A DNA stretch of 64,000 bases. Origin: Coraliomargarita sp. (GTDB taxonomy: Bacteria > Verrucomicrobiota > Verrucomicrobiia > Opitutales > Coraliomargaritaceae). Positions 62,369 to 64,000 of the stretch are shown piece by piece. The stretch is taken from the NCBI GenBank assembly GCA_965216325.1, contig OZ244160.1, positions 1,408,001-1,472,000 of the forward strand, read 5' to 3'. Under the pieces are notes generated by a model. It had not been told where the DNA came from, did not search any database, and saw only the letters and a list, made by a program, of their open reading frames with translations. Position 1 is the first letter of the stretch. Each line of letters starts with the position of its first letter. The position numbers were made by a program, and so were the translations under genes.

Positions 62369-63726
62369 AGGGCATCAATGGTTTCTCGGATTGCACGCCC
62401 TTTGTCGAGCGTCTCCTGGTATTCACTTTCGGGATCCGAATCCCACACAATGCCGCCACCGACCTGGTAGTCAAGGCAAGCACCCGTTAGATGCAGGCTG
62501 CGAATCGCGATGTTCAACTCGGCGTCCCCATCAAAGCCGATATAGCCGACCGAGCCGCAATAGACACCGCGCCGTGTTGGCTCCAGTTCTTCAATGATCT
62601 CCATGGCCCGCACCTTCGGTGCGCCTGTAATCGAGCCACCGGGAAAGAGTGCTTCGATACAGTCAAAGACGTCCTTCCCCTCCGCCAGGGTGGCTTTCAC
62701 CTGAGCCGTCTGATGGATCACACGAGCGTAGAGCTCCAGATGATACAAGCCTTCCACCTGCACGGAGCCAAACTCGGCGACACGCCCCAAATCATTGCGC
62801 TCCAAGTCCACGATCATCAATAACTCAGCACGATCTTTCTCAGAGACCCTCAACGCTTCGGCATTACGCATATCTTCCTCCGCGCTCACGCCACGCGGAC
62901 GTGTGCCTTTAATCGGTCGCGTTTCAATCGAACGCCCACGCTTACGTAGAAATTGCTCCGGCGAAGTTGAAAACACCTGTAACTCCCCCGCATCGATGAA
63001 GCCACTGTATGGCGCCGGATTGCCAACTCGTAATGCCTTATAAAGCTGTAAGGGCTCGCCCTCGTAATGGCATCGTGCCCGCTGCGACAAATTCACTTGG
63101 TAGACGTCTCCGCTGGCGATGTAATCCTTTACGCGATCAACTGAGCTCAAGAACTCGGAGCGACTCATATTCCACTTCCAATTACTCGCTCTTGGGGCAG
63201 ACAACTGAGGCTCAGCTTGGGAGGCAATGATATCACACAACTGATCGATCACAACTTGTTCATCGGCGCGAATACCCAATGCAATCAAATGCAGCACACC
63301 AGTCCGATGGTCCAAAGCTGCAACGCCATCGTAGAGTCCGAAATGTAAATCAGGCACCTCCCGATCATCCACAGCCTCATTTGGGATACACTCTAAGCGT
63401 CGGCCATAATCATACGCAATAAAGCCGACCGCTCCGCCAACGAAGGGAATCTCGGTATCGTTCACCACTTTGTGCGTCTTCATCTGATCACGCAACTGAG
63501 CCAGCGGTGAGGTTGGGGTCCCGCCTTTAGGCGGATTCGAGTCAGACTTAGATCCAGCTAAAGCCGAGGCTTCAACCACCTCAAATGGATCCGCACCGAA
63601 AAAACTCCAGTGCCCTAGCCCATCATTTGACTGCGAACTATCCAGAATAAATGGCAACTCACGCCGCCCAAAGCACTCGATCAAGTGCTCAATCGACGGC
63701 GGATTGCTTATCTCAACGATTTTCAC
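62347..63726 (-). CDS. pabB: Aminodeoxychorismate synthase component I with REP-derived insertion
   Basis: GDVYQVNL, SPEQF, PIKGT, MIVDLERND, FPGGSITGAPK, NIAIR. Confidence 0.92.
   Translation of the reverse strand: MKIVEISNPPSIEHLIECFGRRELPFILDSSQSNDGLGHWSFFGADPFEVVEASALAGSKSDSNPPKGGTPTSPLAQLRDQMKTHKVVNDTEIPFVGGAVGFIAYDYGRRLECIPNEAVDDREVPDLHFGLYDGVAALDHRTGVLHLIALGIRADEQVVIDQLCDIIASQAEPQLSAPRASNWKWNMSRSEFLSSVDRVKDYIASGDVYQVNLSQRARCHYEGEPLQLYKALRVGNPAPYSGFIDAGELQVFSTSPEQFLRKRGRSIETRPIKGTRPRGVSAEEDMRNAEALRVSEKDRAELLMIVDLERNDLGRVAEFGSVQVEGLYHLELYARVIHQTAQVKATLAEGKDVFDCIEALFPGGSITGAPKVRAMEIIEELEPTRRGVYCGSVGYIGFDGDAELNIAIRSLHLTGACLDYQVGGGIVWDSDPESEYQETLDKGRAIRETIDALCQSRPS
63509..63576. repeat. 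68-bp REP doublet in frame within pabB
   Basis: GAGGTTGGGGTCCCGCCTTTAGGCGGATT identical to the RAYT-flanking REP; second arm degenerate. Confidence 0.85.
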
Positions 63727-63735
63727 GCTTATGAA

Positions 63736-64000
63736 TTAGTGACGACTAGCACGACGGATCAGATAAAAGCCAACTCCCTGGAAAATGATGTTCGGCAGCC
63801 AAATCAATAGGTCCGGACGCAGCGCAACGCTCTCTTCAAACCAACTCACCACGATCATGAGGAAATAGTAGGTCATCGCGATCACGAGCGCGATCGCTAG
63901 GTTCGCATAAGTCTCCTTGCGGCCCACTTGGATGGCAAGCGGCACACCGAAGATTGCCAAAGAGAACACTGAGAACGCCATCGCACAGTTTTTCTGCAAA
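63736..64000 (-). CDS. LptF/LptG family permease, C-terminal part
   Basis: LAIFGVPLAI..GRK, YYFL, LIWLPNI; 5' end outside window. Confidence 0.75.
   Translation of the reverse strand, partial: LQKNCAMAFSVFSLAIFGVPLAIQVGRKETYANLAIALVIAMTYYFLMIVVSWFEESVALRPDLLIWLPNIIFQGVGFYLIRRASRH

Overview
Mostly a housekeeping stretch of a bacterial chromosome, probably Verrucomicrobiota (Opitutales/Coraliomargarita-like; inferred from protein style and a PEP-CTERM protein). It carries lysA, ilvA, aroE, galK, glnS, gltX, rnr, obgE, nusA-infB-rbfA-nrnA-truB-ribF-rluD, amtB-glnK, clpB, kdsA, panD and a pabB-pabC-folP-folB-folK cluster. Four accessory features stand out. (1) 48.9-58.8 kb: a LuxD-like acyl-ACP thioesterase fused to a SAM methyltransferase heads an operon with a 7TM histidine kinase and two further signalling proteins, facing a divergent kinase plus FadL-type fatty-acid channel. 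This is a candidate undescribed fatty-acid-(methyl-ester) signalling or quorum-sensing system. (2) 20571-21742: a 1172-bp transposase-less element with perfect 22-bp TG..CA terminal inverted repeats, a 5-bp target duplication and arrays of CATAAGTTG sites (Tn7-like), inserted 10 bp upstream of tRNA-Ile(CAU). (3) The tRNA is followed by 111-bp tandem repeats containing its own 3' end. (4) A RAYT transposase is flanked by REPs that supply the stop codons of both neighbouring genes, and 68-bp doublets of the same REP sit in frame inside ribF and pabB. Many other REP-like families fill intergenic gaps. All calls are from reading the sequence; no searches were run, and several start codons were adjusted by eye.
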